DNA of 59,121 bases, filler included. It is 5 parts of 5 records of this genome, joined end to end, with 100 filler letters (N's around TTAATTAATTAA, not from the genome) between each part and the next. Parts side by side here need not be neighbours in the genome. Positions count along the whole stretch, not along the records: positions 25,101 to 41,232 come from SRR31156797_2618; 4 more parts are not named here. One strand, 5' to 3'. This document shows positions 27,212 through 37,311 of this stretch, piece by piece. The number at the start of each line of letters is the position of its first letter. Positions within the stretch are counted from its first letter, which is position 1. The notes under the pieces were generated by a model. That model searched no databases, was not told the origin of the DNA, and saw only the letters and a list, made by a program, of their open reading frames with translations. The position numbers were made by a program, and so were the translations under genes.

Positions 27212-28171
27212 CTAATCCAGTTTGATTCTCGGGTCCAGCAGGGCCGTAAAGAGGTCGACCAGAAAGCTGGCCACCAGCACCGCCATCACCGTAAACAGGG
27301 CGATCATCATAACCAGGGGCAGATTCTGACACTGCACCGCCGCTACGAATTCGTTGCCCACGCCGGGCCACTGAAAGACCTTCTCGATGACAACCGTTCC
27401 GCCGATAAGCATGGGCAGCCGGAATCCCACAAGGACGATAACGGGGGTCAGGGCGACCCGGAAGCCATGGATCAGATTGACTCTCCACTCGGGGAGCCCC
27501 TTGCTGCGGGCGGTCTTGATGTAGTCCTTGTTCATGGCGTCCAGCATGCTGGCCCGGGAGTATCGCATCACGCCGGCCGTCAGGGTAAAGGCGAGAACCG
27601 AAGCGGGCAGGATGATGTGGGGAAAGCGGTCCCAGAATGTTTCCATCCCCGGAAGGAGACGCCCCCCGTGGGGCAGCCATTCCAGGTTGAGAGCGAAGAT
27701 AAGGATCGCCACCAGACCGAAGAAGAAGCGGGGAATGGAGACCCCTATCATCCCCAGGACGGTCAGGGCGGTATCCGTACCCGAACCCTTCTTCAGGGCG
27801 CTGACAGTCCCCAGTACGCTGCCGATCAGGGTGGAGAACAGCAGAGCCGTCAGCGACAGCTCCAGCGTGGCCGGCAGCCGGTCGAAGACGATGTCCTTGA
27901 TGGGGACGCCGCTGGCCAGGGAGTATCCGAAGTCTCCCCGGAGCACTCCTCCCGCCCATTTGAAATAACGGACGAAGAAGGGATCGTTCAGTCCCAGACT
28001 GTCGCGCAGTTCATCCAGCGCCTCGGGAGACAGTTCCGACAGCATGTCCGGGCTGATCATGTAGGACACGGCATCGCCCGGGGTCATCTCTATCCCCAGG
28101 AAGACCAGAAAACTGATGACCACAATCATGGGGATGATGATCAACAGCCGTCTGATGGTAAAGGTCAGCAT
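27212..28171 (-). CDS. ABC permease OppB/DppB-like
   Basis: PGD, GDFGYS, RLPATLEL, DYIKTARSKGL, EKVFQWPG, LDPRI; ATG at 28171. Confidence 0.93.
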   Translation of the reverse strand: MLTFTIRRLLIIIPMIVVISFLVFLGIEMTPGDAVSYMISPDMLSELSPEALDELRDSLGLNDPFFVRYFKWAGGVLRGDFGYSLASGVPIKDIVFDRLPATLELSLTALLFSTLIGSVLGTVSALKKGSGTDTALTVLGMIGVSIPRFFFGLVAILIFALNLEWLPHGGRLLPGMETFWDRFPHIILPASVLAFTLTAGVMRYSRASMLDAMNKDYIKTARSKGLPEWRVNLIHGFRVALTPVIVLVGFRLPMLIGGTVVIEKVFQWPGVGNEFVAAVQCQNLPLVMMIALFTVMAVLVASFLVDLFTALLDPRIKLD

Positions 28172-29217
28172 ACACAACTCCTTTTACCAAGCTCGATTGA
28201 CTTGTTTCTGATAAATTTTAGTATGTTCATGGCGTAGAGATCAAAACCGGCATCCGAGGGATGCAGTCTTCCATCTCCCATATAGAGTTCGGAATGGGGG
28301 AAAAGCGCATCCCCGTCCAGAACGGTGATTTCGGGAAAGCCTTCGGCCATATCCCTCATGGTCTGCCTGAGCCCCCCGAAGCTTCCGACTCTGGATATCA
28401 TGGCCTCGTCTATCCTCCAGATGGGAGTCATGGCCAGGACGGGGATACCGGGATGGATGCGGGTCAGGGTTTCAAAGAACTCCCGGCAGCGCTCCCTGAA
28501 CTCATCCGGAGTGGCCCGGAGGTTCCAGTCGTTGGTTCCGTAGGCGCATACGACCATATCGGGACGGTAGGGCATCCCCCCATCAAGGGATGAGGCGTCG
28601 AAATAGTAACCCGCCACACCCTGATTAAGCATTTCCGCCTCAAGCACGGCCGAGAGGAGGACCGGATAGGTGTGGGAGGGATAAAGGGCGTCCATCCCCT
28701 GGGTAATCGAGTCTCCGAGAAAGAGGACCCGGCTTCGATCCTCCCGGGACGTCGGCCGCAGAGAGGCTCGGTGATCGATCTGTATCTCCCCGATATAGAC
28801 CTCGCAGCCGTAGGGAAGCAAGACCGTCAGGCGGACGTATCCGTCGTCGTCCCGAGAAGCCTCTTTGAGGGAGATATTCAGCTGACCCGTATCGTCCTTG
28901 ATGCGCTCCGAGCCCAGGCGCCCCGTGAAGGCGCCGTTGATATAGATATCGAACCAGGCGTGGTCCCGCAGAGCGTATCCCAACTCATACCAGATCTTGA
29001 CAAAGCCCGAATCGGTCATCAGGTCCAGGGCGATGCCGCTGCAGCAGCGAGCCCTGTTCAGGTACTCTGTGTCGCTCGTCCAGTCGGCCCGAGCTCCCGC
29101 CTCCCGGTACACATTCAGTTGAGCCTTTGTAAAGCGGAGAGGCAGGCTCCACCTGTCCGAATGCTCCACATCCAGACAGCCCGTAAAAAAGGACTTGACG
29201 ATCTGTCCCGTCTTCAT
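28165..29217 (-). CDS. SGNH/GDSL esterase (candidate sialate O-acetylesterase)
   Basis: FLGDSITQG, NQGVAG, YGTNDW, DGRLHP blocks. Start MKTGQ (29217) is coupled to the sulfatase stop. The substrate is inferred from context only. Confidence 0.85.
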   Translation of the reverse strand: MKTGQIVKSFFTGCLDVEHSDRWSLPLRFTKAQLNVYREAGARADWTSDTEYLNRARCCSGIALDLMTDSGFVKIWYELGYALRDHAWFDIYINGAFTGRLGSERIKDDTGQLNISLKEASRDDDGYVRLTVLLPYGCEVYIGEIQIDHRASLRPTSREDRSRVLFLGDSITQGMDALYPSHTYPVLLSAVLEAEMLNQGVAGYYFDASSLDGGMPYRPDMVVCAYGTNDWNLRATPDEFRERCREFFETLTRIHPGIPVLAMTPIWRIDEAMISRVGSFGGLRQTMRDMAEGFPEITVLDGDALFPHSELYMGDGRLHPSDAGFDLYAMNILKFIRNKSIELGKRSCVC

Positions 29218-30659
29218 AAGCGCCAGCCCCTCTGGGCGCTCAGGTTGCGATCGGGAACCCATTGATACTCTCTGTCGGGAAGACCGACCAGTTTTCCGTT
29301 TCGCAGCCATTCCAGATCGCCGCCGTAAAGCTCTTTCACAAGAAGGGCCTTCAATTCCTCCAGCACCGGTGCATGGTCAGGATCGTCTGCCAGGTTGCGC
29401 AGTTCCCGGGGATCCGCCTCCAGATCGAAGAGGAGGCTTCTGTTACCTGCTGCGTAGTAGATCAGCTTGAAGCGGTCCTTTCGGATCATACGGGTGGCCA
29501 GCTCGTCTTCGTTATGCTCGCCATAGATAGACTCACGGGATTCGGGGCCCAGCATATTCCGTCCCTCCACGGTCTCAGGGACTTCGATGCCGCAGAGATC
29601 CAGGACTGTGGGCATCACGTCCCGAAGACAGACCAGATTGTCCCGCACCTTCCCTTCAGGAGACATCCCCGCAGGGGGAACCAGGATCATGGGGATGCGG
29701 GCGCTGGACTCGAGCATCTCTCTCTTGCCCCAGAGTCCGTGATCCCCCAGGGCGTCGCCGTGATCGCAGGTGAAGAGGATCAGGGTGTTATCCAGCAGTC
29801 CCTCCTCCCAGAGGGTGCCGATCAACAGACGGATCTGATGATCTATATAGCTGCACTGGGCGTAGAATCCCCGTCTGGCCCGCAGATCGCCGTCCGGTTC
29901 GCTTGGGGTTCTCTTCCTGTTCATCTGGTTCTTAAGGCTGTAGGGAAGTGTCTCGGGATCGAGGGCCCAATCCCCTATCACCGGCCCGTCGATCGCCGCG
30001 TCACAGTACATATCCCAGTAGTCCCGGGGGGGCGTGATGGGGGGATGGGGGGCGATATAGGAACAGTACCAGAAGCCCGGCTTGTCGGGATTCCGCCTCT
30101 GGATGGCCCGGCACATGTTCTTCGTGGTCCAGTGAGTGGGATGGAGCTCCTCATCCAGATGCCAGGGTCTGACGCTGTACTGATTGACGCCCATACCGTG
30201 GGCCATCTCCGCTCCGGCATGGCCCTTGTCGGCCAGGAAGATCTCGTAGTCGTCCTTGAGCATTCCCAGATGATGGCGGCCCTCCTCGCAGATCAGGGCC
30301 TCATCGAAGCCGATCCTGTCCCGCTGGGGATAGACATGGAGCTTTCCCACCGCCGAGCTCTGATAACCGGCCCGTCTGAAGGTTTCGGCCATGGTGGGGA
30401 TGTCCCCTGGCATCCTGAGGGTCTGATTGAAGATCCTGTCCCCGTGAGTCCGTGCGGAGGTTCCGGTCATAAGACTACGCCTTGCCGGAATACAGGTGGG
30501 GTGGCAGGAGTAGGCGTTGCTGAACCTGACTCCGTTGTCGCAGAGCTGGTCCAGGGTCGGGGTATGGATATGGGCATGTCCCTCGCTTCCCAGGAGCCTG
30601 CCGGGCCAGTGATCCACGCAGATCATAAGCACGTTGGTTTTGGATTTTTCCGTCTTCAT
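29214..30659 (-). CDS. formylglycine-dependent sulfatase (Cys-type)
   Basis: CIPARRSLMTG, GKLH, APHPP, CDHGD..GDHGLWGK. Confidence 0.92.
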   Translation of the reverse strand: MKTEKSKTNVLMICVDHWPGRLLGSEGHAHIHTPTLDQLCDNGVRFSNAYSCHPTCIPARRSLMTGTSARTHGDRIFNQTLRMPGDIPTMAETFRRAGYQSSAVGKLHVYPQRDRIGFDEALICEEGRHHLGMLKDDYEIFLADKGHAGAEMAHGMGVNQYSVRPWHLDEELHPTHWTTKNMCRAIQRRNPDKPGFWYCSYIAPHPPITPPRDYWDMYCDAAIDGPVIGDWALDPETLPYSLKNQMNRKRTPSEPDGDLRARRGFYAQCSYIDHQIRLLIGTLWEEGLLDNTLILFTCDHGDALGDHGLWGKREMLESSARIPMILVPPAGMSPEGKVRDNLVCLRDVMPTVLDLCGIEVPETVEGRNMLGPESRESIYGEHNEDELATRMIRKDRFKLIYYAAGNRSLLFDLEADPRELRNLADDPDHAPVLEELKALLVKELYGGDLEWLRNGKLVGLPDREYQWVPDRNLSAQRGWRL

Positions 30660-30774
30660 TATGAATTGTCCTCGGAGCCTTATAACAGGGCCTTTAAGAA
30701 GGGGCAGGCCGCTCGCTAACGGGTCGTCCCGCCCCCGATTTTTTTACATTAAATCAGCATTCTGGTAAGAACCG

Positions 30775-32472
30775 TCAGTTCTTCTTGGGGTACTTGTTGA
30801 AGTAGATCAGCCGGGTATAGCGGATGTCTACGGGATGAACCGTCATGTTGTCCATCTCTTCGATGGCCTTTACGTCGGCCACGACCTTGGTGAAGGAGTA
30901 GTCGATCTTTCCGGCGTCCGCATTGATCACCAGATTGGGATCTCCGTCCTGGGAGGGGCTCATCATGATCTTCTCGATGTTTCCGCTTCCGCTCTTGTCC
31001 CAGTATCCCTTATAGGGGACCAGGGCGCAGTAGTCGTTCATGTTCACATCGTCGATGATAAAGGGACCCGTTCCCACGGGATGCTGCCAGAAGGGATCCT
31101 GCTGGGATTTCAGGGGATCCGAGTTCTTCAGAAGATGACTGGGGAGGGGAGGCCACTGGGAGAATGTGAACAGGGCGTCGGGATCGAGCTCTGCAAAGCT
31201 GATGGTGATCCTGTCGCCATCGACCTGGATTCCGCTGACAGAGTCGGCGCTGCCGTCCTTATAGGCCTTCGCGCCCTCGATGGAGGCATAGGTCTTCTCC
31301 ACAATGGGATTGATTCCGGGAACTTTCAGGGTGTACTCGACGGTAAAGACCACGTCCTCGGCGGTGAAGGGAGTTCCGTCGTGCCAGGTCACGTCGCTGC
31401 GAAGGTCCATGGTCAGGGTCAGGCCGTCCTCACTCATGGTATACTCCTCGGCCAGCTGTCCCTGAGAGGGGGTGAGAGAGCCGTCGGCGGTGATCAGGCG
31501 GTCGAAGAGGAACTTGTTGGTCATCATCAGTCCGGGGTTGACGAAGGTGCTCTGGAAGTACTCCATGGGCCCGGTGTTTACGTGAAGCACGCGCTCGCCC
31601 TTCTCGTCGGGTTCCACGTCCCAGTCAATGATGCGCCAGTTATAGGCGAACTGCTCATTGCCGTAGGGGATTCCTTTTCTGTCCACCCGGTCGCTTTCCA
31701 CGACGAAGACCTGCTGATAGTAGAAGGGCATGGCGTAGAGGGCCTTGTTCTCATACTCGGAGAGGGCGTGGTAGGCTTCCATCTGCTTGGCTACGTCCGC
31801 TGTGGCGCGGGTGGCCTTCACAAGGCGTTCATATTCGGCATCGGCAGGGGTATGGGAGTTGTTCTGAGCACCGGGGGCGAAGCGGTTGAAGAATCCTCCC
31901 AGCACGGCGGAACCGATGGCGCCGTATGCCATATCCCAGGTCACCTCGGCGGGTCCGTTCTCTATATCGGCGGGAGCGACCCAGAGCTGACCCGCGATAT
32001 CGCCGGTGACCTGACGGAAGGTCATCTTCATACCCACGTCAGCCAGATAGGCCTGCATGACGGTCATAAGGTCCACCGTGAGCTGATCGCCATAGTAATA
32101 GGCCACGTCCAGCACGTAATCGGGATCCCAGTTCGCCGCCTTCAGAAGGGCGCGCGCCTTGTCGGGATCGTACTTATAATAATCCAGTCCGTCGGCCTTC
32201 CAGGGGCCGTTCTCGATCAGGCTGTTGGCGGGAAGGGCCTTGCCTTCGAAGAGACTGCCGGTGACAGCATCGGCGTCGATGGCATAGGCGATGGCCTGCC
32301 TGACCCGGATATCGCTTAAGGGGTTGCTGTTGACAGGCCCCACCTGTTCCAGGGCGTAGTCCATATTCCCCGTATCAGTCGACACGACCTCGGCTTCCTT
32401 TTTGCAGCCGGCGACGAATAGTACTGAAGCCAGTACCGTAAGCACCAATAGGGTTCGATACACACTTTTCAT
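30775..32472 (-). CDS. family 5 (OppA/DppA-like) ABC substrate-binding lipoprotein, apparently circularly permuted
   Basis: Lipobox VAGC. PLSDIRVRQAIAYAID and YDPDKARALL come before FDRL..LAE..DGLTLT..LR..VTWHDGTPFTAEDV and PVGTGPF. Confidence 0.9.
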   Translation of the reverse strand: MKSVYRTLLVLTVLASVLFVAGCKKEAEVVSTDTGNMDYALEQVGPVNSNPLSDIRVRQAIAYAIDADAVTGSLFEGKALPANSLIENGPWKADGLDYYKYDPDKARALLKAANWDPDYVLDVAYYYGDQLTVDLMTVMQAYLADVGMKMTFRQVTGDIAGQLWVAPADIENGPAEVTWDMAYGAIGSAVLGGFFNRFAPGAQNNSHTPADAEYERLVKATRATADVAKQMEAYHALSEYENKALYAMPFYYQQVFVVESDRVDRKGIPYGNEQFAYNWRIIDWDVEPDEKGERVLHVNTGPMEYFQSTFVNPGLMMTNKFLFDRLITADGSLTPSQGQLAEEYTMSEDGLTLTMDLRSDVTWHDGTPFTAEDVVFTVEYTLKVPGINPIVEKTYASIEGAKAYKDGSADSVSGIQVDGDRITISFAELDPDALFTFSQWPPLPSHLLKNSDPLKSQQDPFWQHPVGTGPFIIDDVNMNDYCALVPYKGYWDKSGSGNIEKIMMSPSQDGDPNLVINADAGKIDYSFTKVVADVKAIEEMDNMTVHPVDIRYTRLIYFNKYPKKN

Positions 32473-32578
32473 AGAATCCTCCTGTTCTCATTTATCAGAC
32501 GAAGGCAGGGCGTCCTGCTTCGATCCGATTCTATTTTTCTTATCTCCGCCGCAGAACGGCAAAGCAAAAATACCAGAA

Positions 32579-34066
32579 TCAGCGCGCGCCGGGCCTCTCT
32601 TCAAAGAAAGTCGTGGCGTCCACCTGTCCCGATCCGCTGCGCCAATTCCCGAAAAACTTGCTGACGCAGTCCCTCAGTGGATCTCCCGTTTCCGCGGTCA
32701 ACCGCATCAGACGCCGCCGCATTTCATCAAGCTTTTCCGCAGATTCGCCGCTCCGCAGAAGATTGCGCATCTCCCCCGGATCACTATTCAGATCGTAAAG
32801 CTCATCGTAATCTCCGGGCGTGAAGATAAGCTTCCATCCGTCATCACTGACAAGGGCTCTCTGGGAGTAGAGGAACCTCAGGCCGTGGAACTCCAGAAGC
32901 AGCTCCTCTCTGCGGCTCCGACCCTCGAGATCCTCCAGAGCATGTGCCAGGGAGATACCGTCGAGGCCCTCCGGGAGATCGATGCCGCAGAGCTCCATCA
33001 GGGTGGGCATGATGTCCATATTCATGGCCAGATCCTCCCGGGCGCCGGCCTTGAAACGGCCCTTTCCGTAGAAGACCAGAGGGATGTGCTGAGCCTCCTC
33101 ATAGAGGAGTCCCTTGTCCATCAGCCCCCCGTGGGAGCCGGTCATATCCCCGTGATCTGTTGAAAACACCACCACCGTGTCCTCGGCCAGGCCGCTCTCT
33201 TCCAGCCAGTCCATCATACGGCCTAGCTCGTAGTCCAGCATGGCGCTGCAGTCGTAGTAGCGGGCCGTGATCTCGGCGGCCTTCTTCCAGTCGGAAGGAT
33301 GGTCCTTATAGAAGTCATCCCTTTCCCTGCGGATGCGTCGGGGCTTCTCAGAGAGATCGTCGCCAAAGCTGGGCCAGGGCTCGATCGACTCCGGATCGTG
33401 CATGCCGTAGAACTCGTCCGAAGGCATATGGGGGCCGTGGGGACCCCAGAACTGACAGGTCAGGAAAAAGGGTGTGCCTTCGTCCCGATACCGGCTCATA
33501 AGCTCCTTGCTCTTCTCCACCAGATAGTGTCCGGGGGTGGATTCCTGGGGACCTCCCCATCTCCCGGCGACAAGGGTCTGGCCGTCGGGATTGAGAAAGA
33601 TCTCGGGATGCGGTTCGTAGGCCAGTCCCCGCTCCTCCAGATAGGAACGGAAGCCCTCGTCCTCTCGGATGTTCCCGTAGCCCGGCAGGTTCATACCCTC
33701 GAAGCCGTAGTCTCCGGGGCCCATATTCGTTCCCACATGCCACTTCCCCGTATAGGCGCAGCGGTATCCGGCATCCTGAAAGGAGCTGTGGAGCAGTTCC
33801 TCAGGACGAGGGAGCTCGGCTGCCAGAGAGTGGTACATATCGCAATTGGTACCCATGCCGTGACGGAAGGCGTACTGTCCGGTGAACATGGACGCCCTGG
33901 CGGGGGAGCAGAGGGTGCAGGGCGTATAGGCCCTCTCGAAACGGACGCCCTCCCGGGCCAGACGATCGATATTCGGGGTCCGGCAGTGGAAATTTCCGTT
34001 ATGCGAAAGGGTGTCGAAACGAAGCTGATCCGCCCCGATCCACAGCACATTGGGACGACTCTTCAT
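32579..34066 (-). CDS. formylglycine-dependent sulfatase (Cys-type)
   Basis: PNVLWIGADQLR, CSPARASMFTG, GKWH, GPHGP, TDHGD; ATG overlaps the nanA stop (TGATG). Confidence 0.93.
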   Translation of the reverse strand: MKSRPNVLWIGADQLRFDTLSHNGNFHCRTPNIDRLAREGVRFERAYTPCTLCSPARASMFTGQYAFRHGMGTNCDMYHSLAAELPRPEELLHSSFQDAGYRCAYTGKWHVGTNMGPGDYGFEGMNLPGYGNIREDEGFRSYLEERGLAYEPHPEIFLNPDGQTLVAGRWGGPQESTPGHYLVEKSKELMSRYRDEGTPFFLTCQFWGPHGPHMPSDEFYGMHDPESIEPWPSFGDDLSEKPRRIRRERDDFYKDHPSDWKKAAEITARYYDCSAMLDYELGRMMDWLEESGLAEDTVVVFSTDHGDMTGSHGGLMDKGLLYEEAQHIPLVFYGKGRFKAGAREDLAMNMDIMPTLMELCGIDLPEGLDGISLAHALEDLEGRSRREELLLEFHGLRFLYSQRALVSDDGWKLIFTPGDYDELYDLNSDPGEMRNLLRSGESAEKLDEMRRRLMRLTAETGDPLRDCVSKFFGNWRSGSGQVDATTFFEERPGAR

Positions 34067-34992
34067 CAAAGCGTCTCCAGGAAGTCGATTCCTTCAATCT
34101 TGTATTCTTCTTTTATCCTGTAGAAATCTCTTTTCAGTTGATCCTCTTCGGCGGATGTCAGGTTGATAAAGGGGCTGCGGCAGTAACCCGCGTCAATGCC
34201 CATCCAGCTGAGGGCGCGCTTCATCATGCCCACGTAGTTCCCTCTCGTGCAGTGAACGATCAGGGCGTTGGCCATGGCCTGGATCTCTTCCGCCCTCTTG
34301 TAATCACCCGATTTCATAGCGTCGTAAATCCTGATGAAGACCTCGGGCATCAGGTTGTAAAAGGAGCCGATCAGACCGTCGGCCCCGAAGGAAAGGCCCG
34401 AAAGAGACATCTCATCGCAGCCCGAGTAGATCATAAAATCTTTTCCGATCTCCTCCTTCATCCTCATGATCTCAAAGTGGCTTGTGGCGGTATACTTTAC
34501 CCCGTCCACGCCTTCGATATCGGCAAATCTCTTGAGCTGATCATAACCCACCAGACCGGCCAGGGGGATATTGTAGACCACCATGGGGATCTCAACAGAA
34601 TTCGTTATCTCTTTATAGTATTTAAAGATACTATCATCTGTAAATTTCCAGTAGAAGGGAGGAACAGAGGAGACCGCATCGGCCCCGGCGCTCTCGGCCT
34701 GCCGGGCCAGATCGATGGATACCTTTGTTCCGATGGCACCGACATGAACGATCACGGGAATACGTCCGGCCACCTGATCGATCACAATGGTAACGACTCG
34801 CTTGCGCTCCTCGGGACTCATCAGAAAACCTTCTCCGGTGCTTCCGGTCAGATACAGACCGGTAACGCCCTTCTTAATCAGATGCTCAACCAGTTGCCGC
34901 ATCCCCTCTTCGTGCAGAGATTCATCCTCTTTGAAAGGGGTAATCAACGCCGGGATGACGCCTTTTATATCCTTAAGACTTGTTCTTGACAT
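34066..34992 (-). CDS. nanA: N-acetylneuraminate lyase-like (DHDPS/NanA family)
   Basis: GLYLTGSTGEGF, VPPFY, VYNIP, GVKYT Schiff-base Lys, GLIGSFYN; an AGE epimerase lies in the same cluster. Confidence 0.8.
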   Translation of the reverse strand: MSRTSLKDIKGVIPALITPFKEDESLHEEGMRQLVEHLIKKGVTGLYLTGSTGEGFLMSPEERKRVVTIVIDQVAGRIPVIVHVGAIGTKVSIDLARQAESAGADAVSSVPPFYWKFTDDSIFKYYKEITNSVEIPMVVYNIPLAGLVGYDQLKRFADIEGVDGVKYTATSHFEIMRMKEEIGKDFMIYSGCDEMSLSGLSFGADGLIGSFYNLMPEVFIRIYDAMKSGDYKRAEEIQAMANALIVHCTRGNYVGMMKRALSWMGIDAGYCRSPFINLTSAEEDQLKRDFYRIKEEYKIEGIDFLETL

Positions 34993-35049
34993 ATATCATT
35001 CTCCTGATTTTCGGGCCTCAGCCCTTCCGGAAAGCCTCTCTTTCCAAAC

Positions 35050-35134
35050 TTGTATACCAGAATAACTCTCTTTTTTCCGATTTGTCAATAAATAATATTG
35101 ATCTTTCCATATCTTCGTATACAATTGGATACAT
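35050..35134. promoter_or_regulatory. divergent promoter region with three GntR/FadR-like boxes
   Basis: TTGTATACCA (35050-35059), TCGTATACAA (35115-35124), TTGGATACAT (35125-35134). Minus-strand TTGACA at 35088-35083; plus-strand TTGATC-16-TACAAT at 35098-35125. Confidence 0.6.
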
Positions 35135-35156
35135 TCATATTCCAAGGAACTCTACG

Positions 35157-36608
35157 ATGAAGAAAAGAAACGTACTGCTGATAATCTCCGACCAACACAG
35201 GCAGGAGGCCATGGGCTGCCGCGGAAACGGCATCGTCCGGACACCTCATATGGACAGACTCTTCTCACGGGGCGTGCTGTTCGACAGAGCCCTCTCGCCC
35301 GCCCCCCTCTGCGGCCCCGCCCGCTGCTCCATCTTTTCGGGGCTCTACCCCCATCAGGCCGTCGGGATACTGCAGCCCGAAGCTCTGGGAGCCCGGGACG
35401 AGCTGGAATGCGGAGTGGAAACGGATATGATGCTCAACACCAGCTCCCTGAGAGAGCCCGACCATCTGACACGCCCTTTCAAAGAGGACGGCTACTACAC
35501 GGCCTATGCGGGGAAATGGCATCTGGGCAATGACATCCTCCCCGATTGGTTTGAGAACTGTTGTGGAGAGGATAACAAGCAGTACTGCGACTGGCTGGAG
35601 AAAGAAGGGCTGCCTCCCACGGGATGGTCTCTCAAGGATTCTGAAGTACGAAGTGAGAGGATTCCACCCATGTCCATACCCCGGACAAAGGCAAGCCCCG
35701 TCACAGGCGAACAGTATAACGACGCCTGGATCGCCGATCTGGCCCTGAACTATATGAGGGAGAGACCGAAGGACGTCCCCTTCTTTATCAGCTGCGGCTT
35801 CAACGGCCCCCATCCCCCCTTTATGATCCCCGAGCCCTGGTACTCCATGTATGATCCCGAAACCATACCCGAGCCCGCGAACTTCCATCCCGGCAAGGGA
35901 GAGCCCGCGTGCAAGGGGAACAGTTTCTACAGGCAATTGTGGAAGGATCACGGCGAGGACTGGGCCGCCTGGAAGAAGAGCATGGCCGTCTACTACGGAT
36001 TCGTCTCCTACATAGACCATCAGATAGGACGGCTCACAGCCGAGTTGGAGGAGCAGGGAGCGCTGGACGACACCCTGATTATCTATACCAGCGATCACGG
36101 CGAGATGCTGGGCAGCCACGGTCTCTGGCACAAGATGCAGGCCTACGAAGAGTCCCTGAGAGTTCCCCTCCTGTTCAGCGCGCCCTGGCTGCCACAGGGC
36201 AGGCACAGCCAGGCGGGGGCCTCTCTTCTGGATATTCCCTCCACCATCCTCTCCCAGAGCGGCTACCCCGTCCCCGATGTCTACGAGGGAGAGGATCTCA
36301 GCCCCGCACTGGCCGATCCCGAAGCCGAGGCGCCCGTCCGATACCTCTTCTCCGAGCAGAAGCCTCTGGGCCGCTTTCACAAGGAATCGGACTGGCGGAT
36401 GATCACGGATAATAGCTACAAGCTGATATGGAACAGGGACGATATCTTTGAACTGTACGATCTGCAATGCGATCCTTCGGAGCTTGTCAATCTTGCGGGA
36501 AAAGAAGAGATCCTGCCGATAGAGGCCGAGCTGAAAAGAAGACTGGAAACCTGGATGGAAAATACCGGTGACGACCTGATCCGGGACTACAGAGGAGGGG
36601 CGTCATGA
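35157..36608 (+). CDS. formylglycine-dependent sulfatase (Cys-type)
   Basis: Start MKKRNVLLIISDQHR (35157), CGPARCSIFSG, GKWH, GPHPP, SDHGEMLGSHG. Confidence 0.93.
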   Translation: MKKRNVLLIISDQHRQEAMGCRGNGIVRTPHMDRLFSRGVLFDRALSPAPLCGPARCSIFSGLYPHQAVGILQPEALGARDELECGVETDMMLNTSSLREPDHLTRPFKEDGYYTAYAGKWHLGNDILPDWFENCCGEDNKQYCDWLEKEGLPPTGWSLKDSEVRSERIPPMSIPRTKASPVTGEQYNDAWIADLALNYMRERPKDVPFFISCGFNGPHPPFMIPEPWYSMYDPETIPEPANFHPGKGEPACKGNSFYRQLWKDHGEDWAAWKKSMAVYYGFVSYIDHQIGRLTAELEEQGALDDTLIIYTSDHGEMLGSHGLWHKMQAYEESLRVPLLFSAPWLPQGRHSQAGASLLDIPSTILSQSGYPVPDVYEGEDLSPALADPEAEAPVRYLFSEQKPLGRFHKESDWRMITDNSYKLIWNRDDIFELYDLQCDPSELVNLAGKEEILPIEAELKRRLETWMENTGDDLIRDYRGGAS

Positions 36609-37300
36609 AGATCGAGACTATGGAACAGAAAAAAACATCCTATGAACACCTGAAGGAGTTGATCCTCGAGTACAGGATCGAACGCCATCATCGTTTCACC
36701 GAGGCCCAGCTGGCGGAGATTCTGAACACATCCCGCATCCCCGTACGGGAAGCGGTGCAGAAGCTGCTGCTGGAAGGCTATATGGAACGCCATGAGAAGA
36801 GCGGTTACCGGATCACAGAGTTCTCCCCTCAGGACGTGATCGATATCTACAACTACAGAGAGGCTCTGGACGGTATGCTGACCAGGCTCTTCACAGAGAG
36901 GATGGACGCCACTCAGCTTTTCTGCCTGGAGACCAATCTGAAGTCTATGGAAGAGGCCCTGGATATACCCGAAGAGAGATTCGACCAGACCCGATTCTCC
37001 CGCATGGACCAGGAGTTCCACCGCATCATCGCCCGGGGCGCCCACAATCGCCTGATGGAACAGCAGCATGAGCTGATCCTGGAGAAGATCATCTATATAG
37101 CGGGACGAAACCACAGGGATTTCAAGGACAGCCGGGAGGACCTGATCAACTATGAGAGTTTCAAAGACTCCTACCATCAGCATAAGGAGATATTCGAGGC
37201 CGTTCGCAAACGCGATCCCGATGGGGCCGAACGCCTGGCCAGGCTCTCGGTCCGCAACGGACTGAAAAAGAACCTGAAGATCATGTACGGACAGTACTGA
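36605..37300 (+). CDS. GntR family regulator (FCD domain)
   Basis: EAQLAEILNTSRIPVREA HTH; DQEFHRII..AHN; HKEIFEAV..RDPD. Confidence 0.92.
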   Translation: MKIETMEQKKTSYEHLKELILEYRIERHHRFTEAQLAEILNTSRIPVREAVQKLLLEGYMERHEKSGYRITEFSPQDVIDIYNYREALDGMLTRLFTERMDATQLFCLETNLKSMEEALDIPEERFDQTRFSRMDQEFHRIIARGAHNRLMEQQHELILEKIIYIAGRNHRDFKDSREDLINYESFKDSYHQHKEIFEAVRKRDPDGAERLARLSVRNGLKKNLKIMYGQY

Positions 37301-37311
37301 AGGACAAGATT

